NCBI GenBank assembly: GCA_000438015.1
Contig: FR901603.1
Span: 5,687 to 62,670, forward strand
Length of the DNA stretch: 56,984 nt
DNA from: Coraliomargarita sp. CAG:312
Lineage (GTDB): Bacteria > Verrucomicrobiota > Verrucomicrobiia > Opitutales > Intestinicryptomonadaceae
Reading direction: 5' to 3'
In this document: one piece after another, positions 18,103 to 28,171 of the stretch
Layout of the letters: the number at the start of each line of letters is the position of its first letter
Numbering within the stretch: the first letter of the stretch is position 1
Notes under the pieces: generated by a model
Seen by the model: only the letters and a program-made list of their open reading frames with translations
Databases searched by the model: none
Told to the model about the DNA's origin: nothing
Position numbers and translations under genes: made by a program

Positions 18103-19135
18103 TCTTAACCTTTGATTTATTTACCCTTGTACGGGCAAGTTCCCTCATGTCCACTGCTATGTCGTCGGTTTCAAAAATTTCGGACCCCAAAAGATGTTCA
18201 AAAATGTCCTCAAGAGTTATCACGCCTGTCAGAGAGGCAAATTCGTCCACGACAATCCCCATCTTTTGGTGTTTTTTTATCAACTGCCTTAGAACCGACA
18301 GCGCGCTTCCGTTTTCTGGGACAAAGACAGCCGGTTGTGTGAATTCTGATATTAGGCTGTCGTGCTTGTCGTTTGCCATCGCCGTCAATATATCGCGCCG
18401 CCGGGCTATCCCAACGATATTATCGATTGTGTCGTGGTACACGGGGATTCTTGAGAAATTGATTTCCGGATATTTTTTAAATATTTGTGAGACTGTGGAC
18501 GTATCCTCAAACGCCATAACCACTGTGCGCGGAGTCATAATTTCAGAAACGCATACGTCGTCCAGCGAGAGCGAATTCGCGATTAGATCGCGCTCTTGGG
18601 TCGATAAGAGGCCGTCTTTTTCGCCTTTATTTGCAAGCAGCAGTATTTCGTCGTCGCTTTTTGAAGTGTCGTTCTTATGCAGGGGCGTTTTTTTTGCGAA
18701 CCATTCCGGAATTTTTGTTATTGGCGCCATTAGAGAGTCTAGCATGCACAGCGGGTACGCTAGATGTTTTTGAAGCGAAGGAAGGTATAATATTCCTATG
18801 TTTTTCGGCAGAATTTCCGCAAAGAATAAAATTAGTACCGCTAATATGGGAGGGAAAAGGTATTTAATTTGCGATTCTTGGGGGCATAGCGATGAAACTT
18901 GAATCCCTGCCAAGCAGGCTCCGAAAATATTTACAATTATCTTGATGGCCGAGATTGCCGATATTGTCCGGTTGATATTGCGCGCAAGCCCTTCAAGTAC
19001 TTTTCCGCGTTGCTTGGATTTCTTTTTCAGATTTTCGACTTCCAACGGAGTGGCGTTCAATACCATTGTTTCCAATGCTGCGCACAGCGCGGATACGGCA
19101 ATGGTAAAAAGGACTATAAAGGTAAGCAATATCAT
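18083..19135 (-). CDS. CNNM/DUF21 + CBS-pair protein (hemolysin/CorC-like Mg2+ transport)
   Basis: N-terminal TM segments, AEILPKN, IMTPRT, FSRIPVY and VVDEF...ITLEDIFEHLLG. Likely ATG at 19135. Confidence 0.9.
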   Translation of the reverse strand: MILLTFIVLFTIAVSALCAALETMVLNATPLEVENLKKKSKQRGKVLEGLARNINRTISAISAIKIIVNIFGACLAGIQVSSLCPQESQIKYLFPPILAVLILFFAEILPKNIGILYLPSLQKHLAYPLCMLDSLMAPITKIPEWFAKKTPLHKNDTSKSDDEILLLANKGEKDGLLSTQERDLIANSLSLDDVCVSEIMTPRTVVMAFEDTSTVSQIFKKYPEINFSRIPVYHDTIDNIVGIARRRDILTAMANDKHDSLISEFTQPAVFVPENGSALSVLRQLIKKHQKMGIVVDEFASLTGVITLEDIFEHLLGSEIFETDDIAVDMRELARTRVNKSKVKNVKRMR

Positions 19136-19288
19136 AAAATGCGCATAAACATAGAATATTCCGCAGCCGGTACGCAAATAAATAAAACCGTGCGTTAAAT
19201 TTTATGCGTATAATTTTGCGTTTTTTATGAAAATAAAAAAATGGTCTTGCATAAGCTGGATAAAAACGGCATTGATTTATGTCTCTTT

Positions 19289-19504
19289 ATGAAACTTTTT
19301 GCCCTGATATTGACGCTTGTGGCTCTTGCTCCGCTTGTCACTGGATGTTCCTTTGCCATAACGCCTCTTATATTTCTAATAGACAATAACGAGATTGGGA
19401 GCGGGCATGAAGCTTCCTATGCCGGGCGCAAAGAGGAGAACCGGCATAAAACCGCGGAATTTGCATCCGTTGGGGAAACGCCTTCGGAGTTGCATACTCT
19501 TTGA
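19289..19504 (+). CDS. Small hypothetical lipoprotein
   Basis: ATG at 19289 with signal peptide and lipobox MKLFALILTLVALAPLVTG-C. Confidence 0.55.
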   Translation: MKLFALILTLVALAPLVTGCSFAITPLIFLIDNNEIGSGHEASYAGRKEENRHKTAEFASVGETPSELHTL

Positions 19505-19561
19505 GCATTTTTTTTGCACTGATTTCGGGAATGCCTTTGCGCGCGGATTATGCGGTTTTAT

Positions 19562-19891
19562 TTAAGGGCATTTATTAAAACAAGATTTTTCGACCCAATC
19601 AAAGTATTCTTTGCTAGCTTCGGCTTTTAGGCAAACCCATTCCGGGCATTCATAGTCGTGGAGGGCCATAAATCTGGCCTTTATCTCGCTTGCCTTTGAA
19701 ACGGGGGTTTTTATGGTAATGGGGAATTCTATCTCGCTATGGGTTTTGCCGCGCCAGACATATACCGATTTTATTTCGGAACCGATTTGAACGCATGCGG
19801 CCAACTTTTCGGCTATAAGTGTTTGGGCTATCATTTTTGCCTTGGTCCGGCTGTCGACAGTCGTAAAAATAACGCATATTTCACTTTCCAT
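19562..19891 (-). CDS. cutA: Divalent-cation tolerance protein CutA
   Basis: LIAEKLAACVQI, SVYVWRG and HDYECPE motifs. Likely ATG at 19891. Confidence 0.93.
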   Translation of the reverse strand: MESEICVIFTTVDSRTKAKMIAQTLIAEKLAACVQIGSEIKSVYVWRGKTHSEIEFPITIKTPVSKASEIKARFMALHDYECPEWVCLKAEASKEYFDWVEKSCFNKCP

Positions 19892-19963
19892 AATTCTTTC
19901 TTTACGCCAAAAAAGTGTTGACGTAAAATAAAAATTTTGAAATATTTTAACCAGATTCAAACA

Positions 19964-19977
19964 AATGCATATGCATT
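19964..19977. promoter_or_regulatory. Perfect 14-bp palindrome AATGCATATGCATT, candidate operator
   Basis: Lies in the divergent cutA / oxidoreductase spacer, downstream of TTGACG at 19918. Confidence 0.4.
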
Positions 19978-20046
19978 ACCTCGACGCGCTTCTCGTGCGG
20001 CGGTAAGTCGCATGTAAATTTAACTAATATTAGTGAGGAGATAACA

Positions 20047-21432
20047 ATGATTACACGCAGAAATTTCATCAAAGGATCCGCAATGATGGGCGGTTTGATG
20101 CTTTTGCCAAGTTGGAGTATAGGCAAACAAAAAGGGCCGAATGAAAAATTGAATGTCGCGCTCATTGGCGTTGGAGGTATCGGCGGCCAGGCTATGGGCA
20201 ATCTTAGGGACGCACCTGAAGTAAGAATCGCAGCTTTTTGCGATGTTGACGACAATAGGGCTTCCAAATTCTATAAAGAAATGCCGTTTGTCCCGCGCTA
20301 TCGCGACTACCGCGTCATGCTCGACAAGATGGATAAAGACATTGACGCAGTCGTAATTTCCACTCCCGACCATATGCACTATCCGATTGCCGCATGGGCT
20401 ATCGCAAAGGGCAAGCACGTATTCTGCCAAAAGCCTCTCGCGCGCACAATTTGGGAGTGCAACGAAATGAAGCGTTTGGCAAAGGAAGCCGGAGTTATTA
20501 CTCAGATGGGCAACCAGGGGCACACAAACGAGGGCTGGCGCTTGATAAAAGAATGGTACGACGCAGGAATTCTCGGACAAATAGAGGATATATATATCTG
20601 GACAAACCGTCCAATTTGGCCGCAGGGAGACTTGTCCGTTCCTCCGGCGCAGCCGATTCCCGCATACCACGACCATAAACTTTGGTTGGGTGTTGCTCCA
20701 TTCCAGGAATACAATAAAGATTATGTTCCTTTCAATTGGCGCGGTTTGCGCAATTATGGAACTGGTGCAGCCGGCGATATGGCGTGCCACTTCCTCGACG
20801 TTCCGTACTCGGCTTTCGAGCTCGGCTATCCTGCCAAAGTTGTGGCAAACTCCACAGCATTTAACGATTACAGCTGGCCAAAGGAAGCCTCTTCGGTAAT
20901 GACCTTCGTAAACAAGCGCGGCGTTGACAATCGCATTCGCCTGCATTGGTACGACGGCGGCAGAAGGCCGAAGGAAATTAAGCGCGTTGATCCTTCGTAT
21001 TTGAAGCCAAATCCAAAGAATCCTTGGGAAAGAGCCAATTGCACGTTTATCGTCGGCACCAAGGAAACTGTATATACGAACGAATACGGTCTTGGAACGA
21101 TGGTTTATCCCCGCGAAAGAATGGTCGCACTGAAGAAGTCGGGATCTTTGCCCAAGCCTTCTATTCCTCGTTCCGAAACTCCCGGAAATGCCCATTTGGA
21201 ATGGGCAAGAGCTTGCATCGCCGGAAAACAGCCAATGGGCAATTTCGACTATGCCGCTCCGTTTACTGAAATGGCTCTCTTGGGAATGGTTGCTCTTACC
21301 CAGCAGAATAGGGAGATTTCATATATACCTGAGAAGATGGAATTCTTGGATTGTCCGGAAGCGAACAAATATGTGCGTTCGCTTTACGAATACAAACAGG
21401 AATTCTTGCCGTCCAGAGTCAACCTCGGATAA
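20047..21432 (+). CDS. Tat-exported Gfo/Idh/MocA-family NAD(P)-dependent oxidoreductase
   Basis: Twin-arginine signal TRRNFIK, IGVGGIG, ISTPDHMH, FCQKPL and GDMACH. GAGGAG RBS upstream. Confidence 0.93.
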   Translation: MITRRNFIKGSAMMGGLMLLPSWSIGKQKGPNEKLNVALIGVGGIGGQAMGNLRDAPEVRIAAFCDVDDNRASKFYKEMPFVPRYRDYRVMLDKMDKDIDAVVISTPDHMHYPIAAWAIAKGKHVFCQKPLARTIWECNEMKRLAKEAGVITQMGNQGHTNEGWRLIKEWYDAGILGQIEDIYIWTNRPIWPQGDLSVPPAQPIPAYHDHKLWLGVAPFQEYNKDYVPFNWRGLRNYGTGAAGDMACHFLDVPYSAFELGYPAKVVANSTAFNDYSWPKEASSVMTFVNKRGVDNRIRLHWYDGGRRPKEIKRVDPSYLKPNPKNPWERANCTFIVGTKETVYTNEYGLGTMVYPRERMVALKKSGSLPKPSIPRSETPGNAHLEWARACIAGKQPMGNFDYAAPFTEMALLGMVALTQQNREISYIPEKMEFLDCPEANKYVRSLYEYKQEFLPSRVNLG

Positions 21433-21452
21433 TAGAGAAAAACTTGCTTTTA

Positions 21453-21483
21453 AAGGGCGCCTCGCAAAGAGGCGCTTTTTTTT
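21453..21483 (+). terminator. Rho-independent terminator
   Basis: AAGGGCGCCTC-GCAAA-GAGGCGC followed by a T tract. Confidence 0.8.
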
Positions 21484-22067
21484 GTTCTAAAAAAATAGAA
21501 TGCTGCAATTTGTATAAAAAAATTTTTTTGCAGCAGCGAATCGGTTAGGAAATGATTTAAAAAAACATGCAATGACTTTAGCGCGCGCAACTTTTCCTTT
21601 TGTAAGGAAAATGCGCTTCAATGAGCTTTTCATTCCTAAAACGATCGCAACGGCGCAAAATCTGCGAAACGGTGTCTTTTTTGCCTGTCGGCTTTGTGGA
21701 TTAAATTGCTCCGCAGCATAAAGACATAACTTGCAATCTATGAAAAATGCAACGCCCTTGTTCCCGATTTATTGTCGTTTTTTTACTTGCGCGTAGAGCG
21801 CATTGCTTTTCTTTTTGGGAGCTTTAGTTAAATGCGGAAGTCCGGTTCTTGCAGGTCTAATAATTTTAGTTTTTAAGGCTCTGATAGTTCTGGAGGTTTG
21901 GTCGTTTTTTGCGAATTGCAAAACTTGGGGGGGCGCTGGCAACAATTTTAGTCAGCGGGCAATTTCAAATCAATTCGCATTTGCTAAAAACCTTTTTTTG
22001 TTGCATTGGAAGCGCAGGTTTTCCCGTCAATATGGATCGTACAGAGTGTCTAGCGCAAATAAATAAC

Positions 22068-22670
22068 TTAGTCTTTTTCGATAAAAACTGCCTGGATTCC
22101 CGGACCGTGTACGCCTTCAACAAGAATTCCCTCGACATCGCTTGTTTTTGAAGGCCCAGAAATCCATATGGCATAGGGCGCAGGGAAGGGCTTTGATAGC
22201 GCGTCTGCTATTGTGCGGACAATATTGCTCTTTTTTAAGACGGCGATATGTATCCAAGGGGCAATAGTGGAAAGCCTGTCTGCCGTGGCGGCGTCTTCTA
22301 GGACAATTGCTCCGCTTTCGGCTATGGCAAAAGAAGCGGTGCTTATGCCAAAATCAAAAGATTCAGGATTGTTTCTGTCAAACTCGCGCGAGATTTCAAA
22401 GTGTTCTTCCAATCCGAATGTATTTTCCAGCTTTGCGTCTATTACTCCCTTTTTGCATCCTTTAGATTTTAGAAATTCTAGGAGATTTTCGCATCCTAAA
22501 ATTATTTCGCCATGGTTTGCCTTGAAGTTCCTTTCAAACGCATCGAAGGTTTCCCCCTGCGTTTGGGTTGTGGAGGTCGTATCGTCTGCTGAAAATTCTG
22601 GCAGCTTTGCCGCTTTTCTCTCCGCGTTTTCAGCTGACGCTATTCTGTCTATAAAACTTTTCTTATCCAT
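22068..22670 (-). CDS. lutC: Lactate utilization protein C (LUD domain)
   Basis: AIAESGAIV and ISGPSKTSDVEGILVEGVHGP motifs. Likely ATG at 22670, overlapping the lutB stop. Confidence 0.9.
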   Translation of the reverse strand: MDKKSFIDRIASAENAERKAAKLPEFSADDTTSTTQTQGETFDAFERNFKANHGEIILGCENLLEFLKSKGCKKGVIDAKLENTFGLEEHFEISREFDRNNPESFDFGISTASFAIAESGAIVLEDAATADRLSTIAPWIHIAVLKKSNIVRTIADALSKPFPAPYAIWISGPSKTSDVEGILVEGVHGPGIQAVFIEKD

Positions 22671-24039
22671 TTTTATTAAACCACTTTCTGAAGTCGCCAC
22701 CATTAAACTTTGGCAGCGTGCGGAATTTCAGCCATCTGCCTAGCGGCCCAATTTTTATTGCGTCCAACGGGAACAGGTTGGCGATTTTGTTTAAAGGCAT
22801 AAGCGTTCGCCATAATTTTGGGGACGACGCAAAGAAAGCCCAAGGTTTAAAATTTATGTCGTTTGGGACGGGAATTTGCGCTTTTTTTATTTTGTCGCGC
22901 ATTTTAAGTATTAAATCGGGAAGCGGAATTTTAGCCGGGCAAACGTCGGCGCATTTGCCGCACAGAGAGCAAGCTTTCGGCAGGTCAGCAAATTTTGCGA
23001 TGTCTGCCCCGGCCAACAGCGGCGACAATACTATTCCCAATGGCCCTGGATATACCGCGCGGTAGGCATGCCCTCCGACAAGCCTAAACACGGGGCAGCG
23101 GTTCATGCACGCTCCGCAGCGCATGCATTTTAAGATGTCCGAAAATTCGCTTTTAAGAATGTCGCTTCTGCCGTTGTCGAGGAATATTACGAACATTTCT
23201 TGCGGACTATTTTTTGCCAATCCGGCTCCGGCAACAAAATCGGTGTACACAGTGCTGTTTTGCGCTGTTGCGCTTCTGCCTAAAAGATTTAGAAAAACCG
23301 CCAATTCCCTTGCCGACGGAATGACTTTTTCAAATCCCGCTATGGCAATGTGCGTTTTTGCGCCGGCCATCGAAAAGCGCGCATTGCCTTCGTTAGTGGC
23401 AAGAACTATTGCGCCTTCTTCTGCCAAAACATAATTTGCGCCGCTTATTACGACGTCCGCTTCAAAATATTTTTTTCGCAAATATTTCCGCGCGTTTAAG
23501 GTAATATGGGATGGTTCGTCGTCGTAGGGCGCGATTGAGTGCTTTTCAAAAGATGCTGCAATGTCCTCGCGCCGCCTGTGTATGGCAGGCTTTACTATAT
23601 GCGACGGATGTTCATGTTCCAATTGTATTATCAGCTCGCCAAGGTCGGTTTCCACGGCGTCTAAACCGTTTTCTGCCAGAAATTGGTTCAATTCGATTTC
23701 CTCTGTCGTCATACTCTTTATTTTCACGACGTTGCGGGCATTTTTCTGGCGGCAAATTTGGAGTATGCATTCGCGCGCGTCGGCAGCGTTCTCTGCAAAT
23801 AGAACCTTTATGCCGTTTGCCTCGAGCGAATCTGCTGCTTTTTCTAGATTTTTGGCGAAGCTTACCGATTTTATTGCGTTTGCAAGCTCGCGCAGCCTGT
23901 CTGTTTTTCCCGATTCTGGATATGCGGCGCTTAGGCAGGCTTCGCGTCCGAGCGTGCTGCTTACTCCGGCGTCGGTTAGGGCTTTTTTAGTGGAAGGATT
24001 TAATCTCCTGCAATATTCGTCTATTGGTTGTGATTCCAT
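22663..24039 (-). CDS. lutB: Lactate utilization protein B (LUD + 4Fe-4S)
   Basis: KSMTTEEI, ETDLGE, PSHIVKPAIH, TNEGN, CMRCGACMNRCPV and CSLCGKCADVCP motifs. Confidence 0.93.
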   Translation of the reverse strand: MESQPIDEYCRRLNPSTKKALTDAGVSSTLGREACLSAAYPESGKTDRLRELANAIKSVSFAKNLEKAADSLEANGIKVLFAENAADARECILQICRQKNARNVVKIKSMTTEEIELNQFLAENGLDAVETDLGELIIQLEHEHPSHIVKPAIHRRREDIAASFEKHSIAPYDDEPSHITLNARKYLRKKYFEADVVISGANYVLAEEGAIVLATNEGNARFSMAGAKTHIAIAGFEKVIPSARELAVFLNLLGRSATAQNSTVYTDFVAGAGLAKNSPQEMFVIFLDNGRSDILKSEFSDILKCMRCGACMNRCPVFRLVGGHAYRAVYPGPLGIVLSPLLAGADIAKFADLPKACSLCGKCADVCPAKIPLPDLILKMRDKIKKAQIPVPNDINFKPWAFFASSPKLWRTLMPLNKIANLFPLDAIKIGPLGRWLKFRTLPKFNGGDFRKWFNKNG

Positions 24040-24812
24040 TAGAGTTGCCCTCCGTTTTTCATTGCCATATATAGTATTTGCGATACGTGCTTTGCGGGGT
24101 AGGCTATATTGTTGCGCTCGGCAAGTCCCTTCTGGTGCATTAGGCAGGATGTGTCCGCCGACACTATGAAGTCCGGATTTATTCCGCTTATAGCTCTTAC
24201 TTTATTCAATCCCATTTCGGACGATATTTGCGGAAACACTACTGAAAAAGTTCCGCCGAATCCGCAGCAGTCGGAATTTCCGGGAAAATCAGCAAGCTCT
24301 ATTCCTTCCACCGACCCTAATAGAATTCTCATAGCTTCCGGAGTCCCGCTGCCGGCGCTGTGGCATGAATTGTGTACGGCTAGTTTTGCCCTTAGCTTGC
24401 CTTCTGTCTTGCGCACGCCCAAACCGTTTACCAGATAGTCGCAGAACTCCCATATGCGTCGCGCAAAAGCGTCAACTTCATCACGCTCTCTTGCTTCAGC
24501 GTCGCGAAAGGCGATTTTTGAGCTGTGGTACAACATCGCCGCGCAGGATGCGCTTGGCACTACAATCGGATAGTCGTTTGCCGAAAACGCTCCCATTGTA
24601 TGGCGGATGACTTTGCGCGCGCTTTCAAAATCTCCGCTGTTAAAGGCCGGCTGCCCGCAGCACGTTTGGTCTTGTACAAACGCAACTTCCGCATATTTGC
24701 GCAGAATCTTTACGGCGTCTTTTGCTGCGTCGGCGAATATGGCGTCGCAGAGGCAGGTTGCCATGAAATTAACTTTTTTACCTGAAATTCTATCTTGAGG
24801 CGGTATAAACAT
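24039..24812 (-). CDS. lutA: Lactate utilization protein A (CCG Fe-S domains)
   Basis: TCLCD, QTCCGQPAFNSG, HNSCH and CCGFGGTFSV motifs. Its stop overlaps the lutB start. Confidence 0.93.
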   Translation of the reverse strand: MFIPPQDRISGKKVNFMATCLCDAIFADAAKDAVKILRKYAEVAFVQDQTCCGQPAFNSGDFESARKVIRHTMGAFSANDYPIVVPSASCAAMLYHSSKIAFRDAEARERDEVDAFARRIWEFCDYLVNGLGVRKTEGKLRAKLAVHNSCHSAGSGTPEAMRILLGSVEGIELADFPGNSDCCGFGGTFSVVFPQISSEMGLNKVRAISGINPDFIVSADTSCLMHQKGLAERNNIAYPAKHVSQILYMAMKNGGQL

Positions 24813-24894
24813 TTGCGCGGATTATTTTATTATTGAGAAGTTTTGTCCACAGAATTTTTAGCGTTTTTATGCGCATGGATCCGAAACGGTTTTA

Positions 24895-24934
24895 CAAAAA
24901 AGAAGGTCGGCAACGTACCCCCACGTTGCCGACC
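24895..24934 (-). terminator. Strong Rho-independent terminator
   Basis: Perfect 12-bp stem GGTCGGCAACGT/ACGTTGCCGACC with a 6-nt loop, followed on the minus strand by TTCTTTTTT. Confidence 0.85.
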
Positions 24935-24995
24935 AGTTTGTTTTCTACTTTATTTATTTACCCCATCTCCCGTAGGAGAAATTCTTTATTTTCGC
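24895..24995 (-). ncRNA. Candidate ~100-nt small RNA (or leader) between the 5'-3' exonuclease gene and lutA
   Basis: Own promoter (TTGACA 25028-25023, 16 nt, AATGCT 25006-25001), a UCUCC-UACG-GGAGA tetraloop hairpin, an A-rich linker and an intrinsic terminator. Confidence 0.45.
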
Positions 24996-25056
24996 ATATG
25001 AGCATTATCTTTTTTTTTAGAATGTCAAGCGTTTTTCTTAAAAATTTTTTATTTTT

Positions 25057-25935
25057 TTATAAATCTGTTTGATATTGCTCTTTGGCAAACTTGCGCAGGG
25101 CAGTTAAGGATTTCTTCATTTCCATTTCTTCCAAGAAATTTATTATTTCATCGAAATCTGGACGTTTAGCCCTGGGAATGGGAATATCAAAAGATGTATC
25201 AAGAGTCACAAGCTTTAAATTGCGGCGCAAATTGCCTTCGGAATCCCGCACAACGGCCCTAAATTTTTCGGGCTTTAGCCAGTCGTAGCGGCGTATTATT
25301 GATTCCAAGTCTCCAAAGTCCTTTAACCACTTTGCCGCAGTTTTTGGGCCTACGCCTTCAATTCCTGGAATATTGTCGGCGGAATCTCCTACAAGCGCAA
25401 GAAAATCCGGAATTTGCGCGGGAGATACTCCAAACTTTGCCTTCACTCCAATGGAATCCAATTCAACCCATTCCTTGTTTTTTTGCGTGGGCGGGAGAAG
25501 CTGGCGGATTTTAGGGGATATCAATTGGGCGAAGTCCTTGTCTGCGCTGACAATTGTGGCGTTTTCGCCGGAACTTTTTAGTTTTACTGCTACGCTTGCC
25601 AGGAGATCGTCGGCTTCAACCCCTTCCATTTCGACTTCCTCGAATCCGAAAATTTCGCAAAGGTATTTCATTGAAGGAATTTGACGCTTGAATCTGTCTG
25701 GAGTTTCAGCGCGGTTTGCCTTGTATTCCGGAAAAATCTCAATGTGCCTATTTGAGCCTCCCCTGTCAAAAAATACAGCTGTATTGTGCGGGGTATTTAT
25801 GGAAGTCAACTTTAAAAGGCTTGCAAAAAACGCGTGAAGCGCGCCCGTTGGGAATCCGTCAGAACGCGATAAATCCGGCATTGCGTAGAAACACCTAAAA
25901 CCCAAGTTGAAACCGTCTATTAAAAAATTTTCCAT
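25057..25935 (-). CDS. Stand-alone 5'-3' exonuclease / flap endonuclease (PolA N-terminal-like)
   Basis: LIDG, YKANR, EADDL, SADKDF and the H3TH motif [18 protein letters not shown]. No polymerase domain. Likely ATG at 25935. Confidence 0.93.
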   Translation of the reverse strand: MENFLIDGFNLGFRCFYAMPDLSRSDGFPTGALHAFFASLLKLTSINTPHNTAVFFDRGGSNRHIEIFPEYKANRAETPDRFKRQIPSMKYLCEIFGFEEVEMEGVEADDLLASVAVKLKSSGENATIVSADKDFAQLISPKIRQLLPPTQKNKEWVELDSIGVKAKFGVSPAQIPDFLALVGDSADNIPGIEGVGPKTAAKWLKDFGDLESIIRRYDWLKPEKFRAVVRDSEGNLRRNLKLVTLDTSFDIPIPRAKRPDFDEIINFLEEMEMKKSLTALRKFAKEQYQTDL

Positions 25936-26059
25936 AAAATTCTCGCTATTATCTTTGATATTATTCCCGTTGCGGCAATCTATTTTTGAAAAATTTTTTG
26001 TTTTGGCGTTTTTTTTGTCGCAATTTTTCGCCGCGCGGGTTTTCTTGTTCTGTTTGATT

Positions 26060-26701
26060 ATGGAAAAGAGTCGCAAAGTATCCGTCATAGATTACGGCAT
26101 GGGCAATCTCATGAGCGTTTTGCGCGCATGGCAACATGTTGGCGCGGATGCTTCCATAATATCGTCGCCTAGTGAAATATCCCCCGATGCGGTTCTCGTA
26201 TTCCCGGGGCAAGGCGCAATTGCCGACACCTTGAAACTATTGAAACGCACCGGATTTGATTCGGCTATAAAAGACTGGATAGCCTCCGACAAGCCGTTCT
26301 TTGGAATTTGCCTTGGGCTTCAAGTCCTTTTTGAATATTCCGAAGAGGGGGGCGGCGTAGAATGCCTTGGCGTGTTCAAAGGAACAGTTCGCAGATTTAA
26401 TATACCGCGCAAATTTAAGGTTCCGCATATGGGATGGGACAATGTGGATTTTAAAAAAGGCGCGCGCGACGATTTATTGGAGGGTATTTCCACTTCCGAC
26501 CAATTTTATTTTGTCCATAGCTACTATGTCGATACAGATAATTCCGACATAGTCTTCGGGACAACCGAATACGGCGGTTGCAAATTCACAAGCGCAGTTG
26601 CCAAAGGCAATTTGGTAGCTTGCCAATTCCATCCTGAAAAGAGCCAGAAAAAAGGCTTGGCTCTTTACAAAAACTTCCTGAAATCTTCAAAAATAGGATA
26701 A
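26060..26701 (+). CDS. hisH: Imidazole glycerol phosphate synthase, glutaminase subunit
   Basis: [32 protein letters not shown] and QFHPEKS motifs. ATG at 26060. Confidence 0.96.
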   Translation: MEKSRKVSVIDYGMGNLMSVLRAWQHVGADASIISSPSEISPDAVLVFPGQGAIADTLKLLKRTGFDSAIKDWIASDKPFFGICLGLQVLFEYSEEGGGVECLGVFKGTVRRFNIPRKFKVPHMGWDNVDFKKGARDDLLEGISTSDQFYFVHSYYVDTDNSDIVFGTTEYGGCKFTSAVAKGNLVACQFHPEKSQKKGLALYKNFLKSSKIG

Positions 26702-26704
26702 ATC

Positions 26705-28087
26705 ATGGGCGATACGCAAAAAGCTAAATTAATTCTCGACGAAAAAACTTACGAGCTTCCCATCGTAGTGGGAACCGAAGGCGAAAAAGCCATAGATATA
26801 ACCAAATTGCGCGCTCAAACCGGATATATTACGCTGGACGAAGGTTTTGCGAATACAGGTTCGTGCATAAGCAAAATTACATATATAGACGGAGAAAAAG
26901 GCAAGCTGATGTACCGCGGAATACCGATTGAGGTTATGGCGGAAAACTCAACTTTCATAGAAACTGCCTATTTAATCATATACGGCAATCTTCCGACCCG
27001 CAAGCAGATGAGCGAATTTTCGCAGAAAGTGCTTCGCAACGCAAGTTTGCACGAAGGAATGATGCATTTCTTCGACGGAGGATTCCCCTTTACGGCGCAT
27101 CCAATGGCAATTCTTTCGTCGCTGCTTAATTCGGTGGGCTGCTATTATCCGCAGATGGTCACAAATCAGCGCGAGCAGGATTTGGAGCATTTTGACGATG
27201 CTGCGGCGCTGCTGCTATCGAAAGTCCGCACAATTGCCGCAATGGCGTACCGCATGAAAAACGGCTTGCCGCTCATATACCCCAAGCGCGATTTGGGATA
27301 CAGCCAAAATTTCCTCCACATGATGTTTACGGAGCCTTACCACGAATATTATCCGCACGACGATATCACCAAGGCTCTGGACTTGATTTTGCTTTTGCAC
27401 GCCGACCATGAACAGAATTGTTCGACGTCAACGGTTAGGATGGTTGCCAGTTCCGGCGCGAATTTGTTTGCGTCAGTTTCTGCGGGCGTATGCGCTCTAT
27501 GGGGTCCTTTGCACGGCGGCGCAAACCAGCGCGTAATCCAAATGCTTGAGGAAATCCACAAAAGCGGGGACGACGGCACTGCTTTTATTGAGGCCGCGAA
27601 AAACGGAAAAGCCAAGCTCATGGGGTTCGGGCATAGGCTTTATAAAACTTATGACCCGCGCGCAAAGATTTTGCGCGAAGCCGCCGATAAAGTTTTAAAG
27701 ATTGTAAAATTTAAAGACCCTCTCTTGGACATTGCACAAAGGTTGGAAGAGAAGGCTCGCAGCGATTCGTATTTTATCGACAGAAATCTCTACCCCAATG
27801 TTGATTTTTACAGCGGAATAATTCTGAAAGCAATCGGCATGCCAGTAGACATGTTTACGGTAATGTTTGCCATAGGCAGAATGCCCGGTTGGATTGCCCA
27901 CTGGAGAGAAGTGGCGTCAAATCCAAAAGGCAAGATTATCAGGCCGCTCCAGGTCTACCAGGGCGAAGATGTGCGCGACTACATAAAAATGCGCAACAGA
28001 GAGGGCGAGAATCCCACCGATTACGAATTCGACGAACATAAGTCGTTTGGAAGCGGCGCCTCCGACAACGCTTCAGCTAAAGCATAG
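26705..28087 (+). CDS. gltA: Citrate synthase
   Basis: [34 protein letters not shown] and GWIAHW motifs. Confidence 0.97.
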   Translation: MGDTQKAKLILDEKTYELPIVVGTEGEKAIDITKLRAQTGYITLDEGFANTGSCISKITYIDGEKGKLMYRGIPIEVMAENSTFIETAYLIIYGNLPTRKQMSEFSQKVLRNASLHEGMMHFFDGGFPFTAHPMAILSSLLNSVGCYYPQMVTNQREQDLEHFDDAAALLLSKVRTIAAMAYRMKNGLPLIYPKRDLGYSQNFLHMMFTEPYHEYYPHDDITKALDLILLLHADHEQNCSTSTVRMVASSGANLFASVSAGVCALWGPLHGGANQRVIQMLEEIHKSGDDGTAFIEAAKNGKAKLMGFGHRLYKTYDPRAKILREAADKVLKIVKFKDPLLDIAQRLEEKARSDSYFIDRNLYPNVDFYSGIILKAIGMPVDMFTVMFAIGRMPGWIAHWREVASNPKGKIIRPLQVYQGEDVRDYIKMRNREGENPTDYEFDEHKSFGSGASDNASAKA

Positions 28088-28138
28088 CATCTTAGCCTTA
28101 GCTTGCAGGAATACGGAAATATTTTTATATTGAAATTC

Positions 28139-28171
28139 ATAGCGCTTCGCAAATGAAGCGCTATTCTTTTT
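28139..28171 (+). terminator. Rho-independent terminator of hisH-gltA
   Basis: ATAGCGCTTC-GCAAAT-GAAGCGCTAT followed by TCTTTTT. Confidence 0.8.

Noticed and set aside
20020..21195. 391-aa minus-strand ORF
   Set aside because: Antisense shadow of the well-supported Gfo/Idh/MocA gene, with no recognisable motifs.
21484..22067. Long spacer between convergent genes with 65-87 aa ORFs
   Set aside because: No convincing start context, repeat or stable RNA structure.
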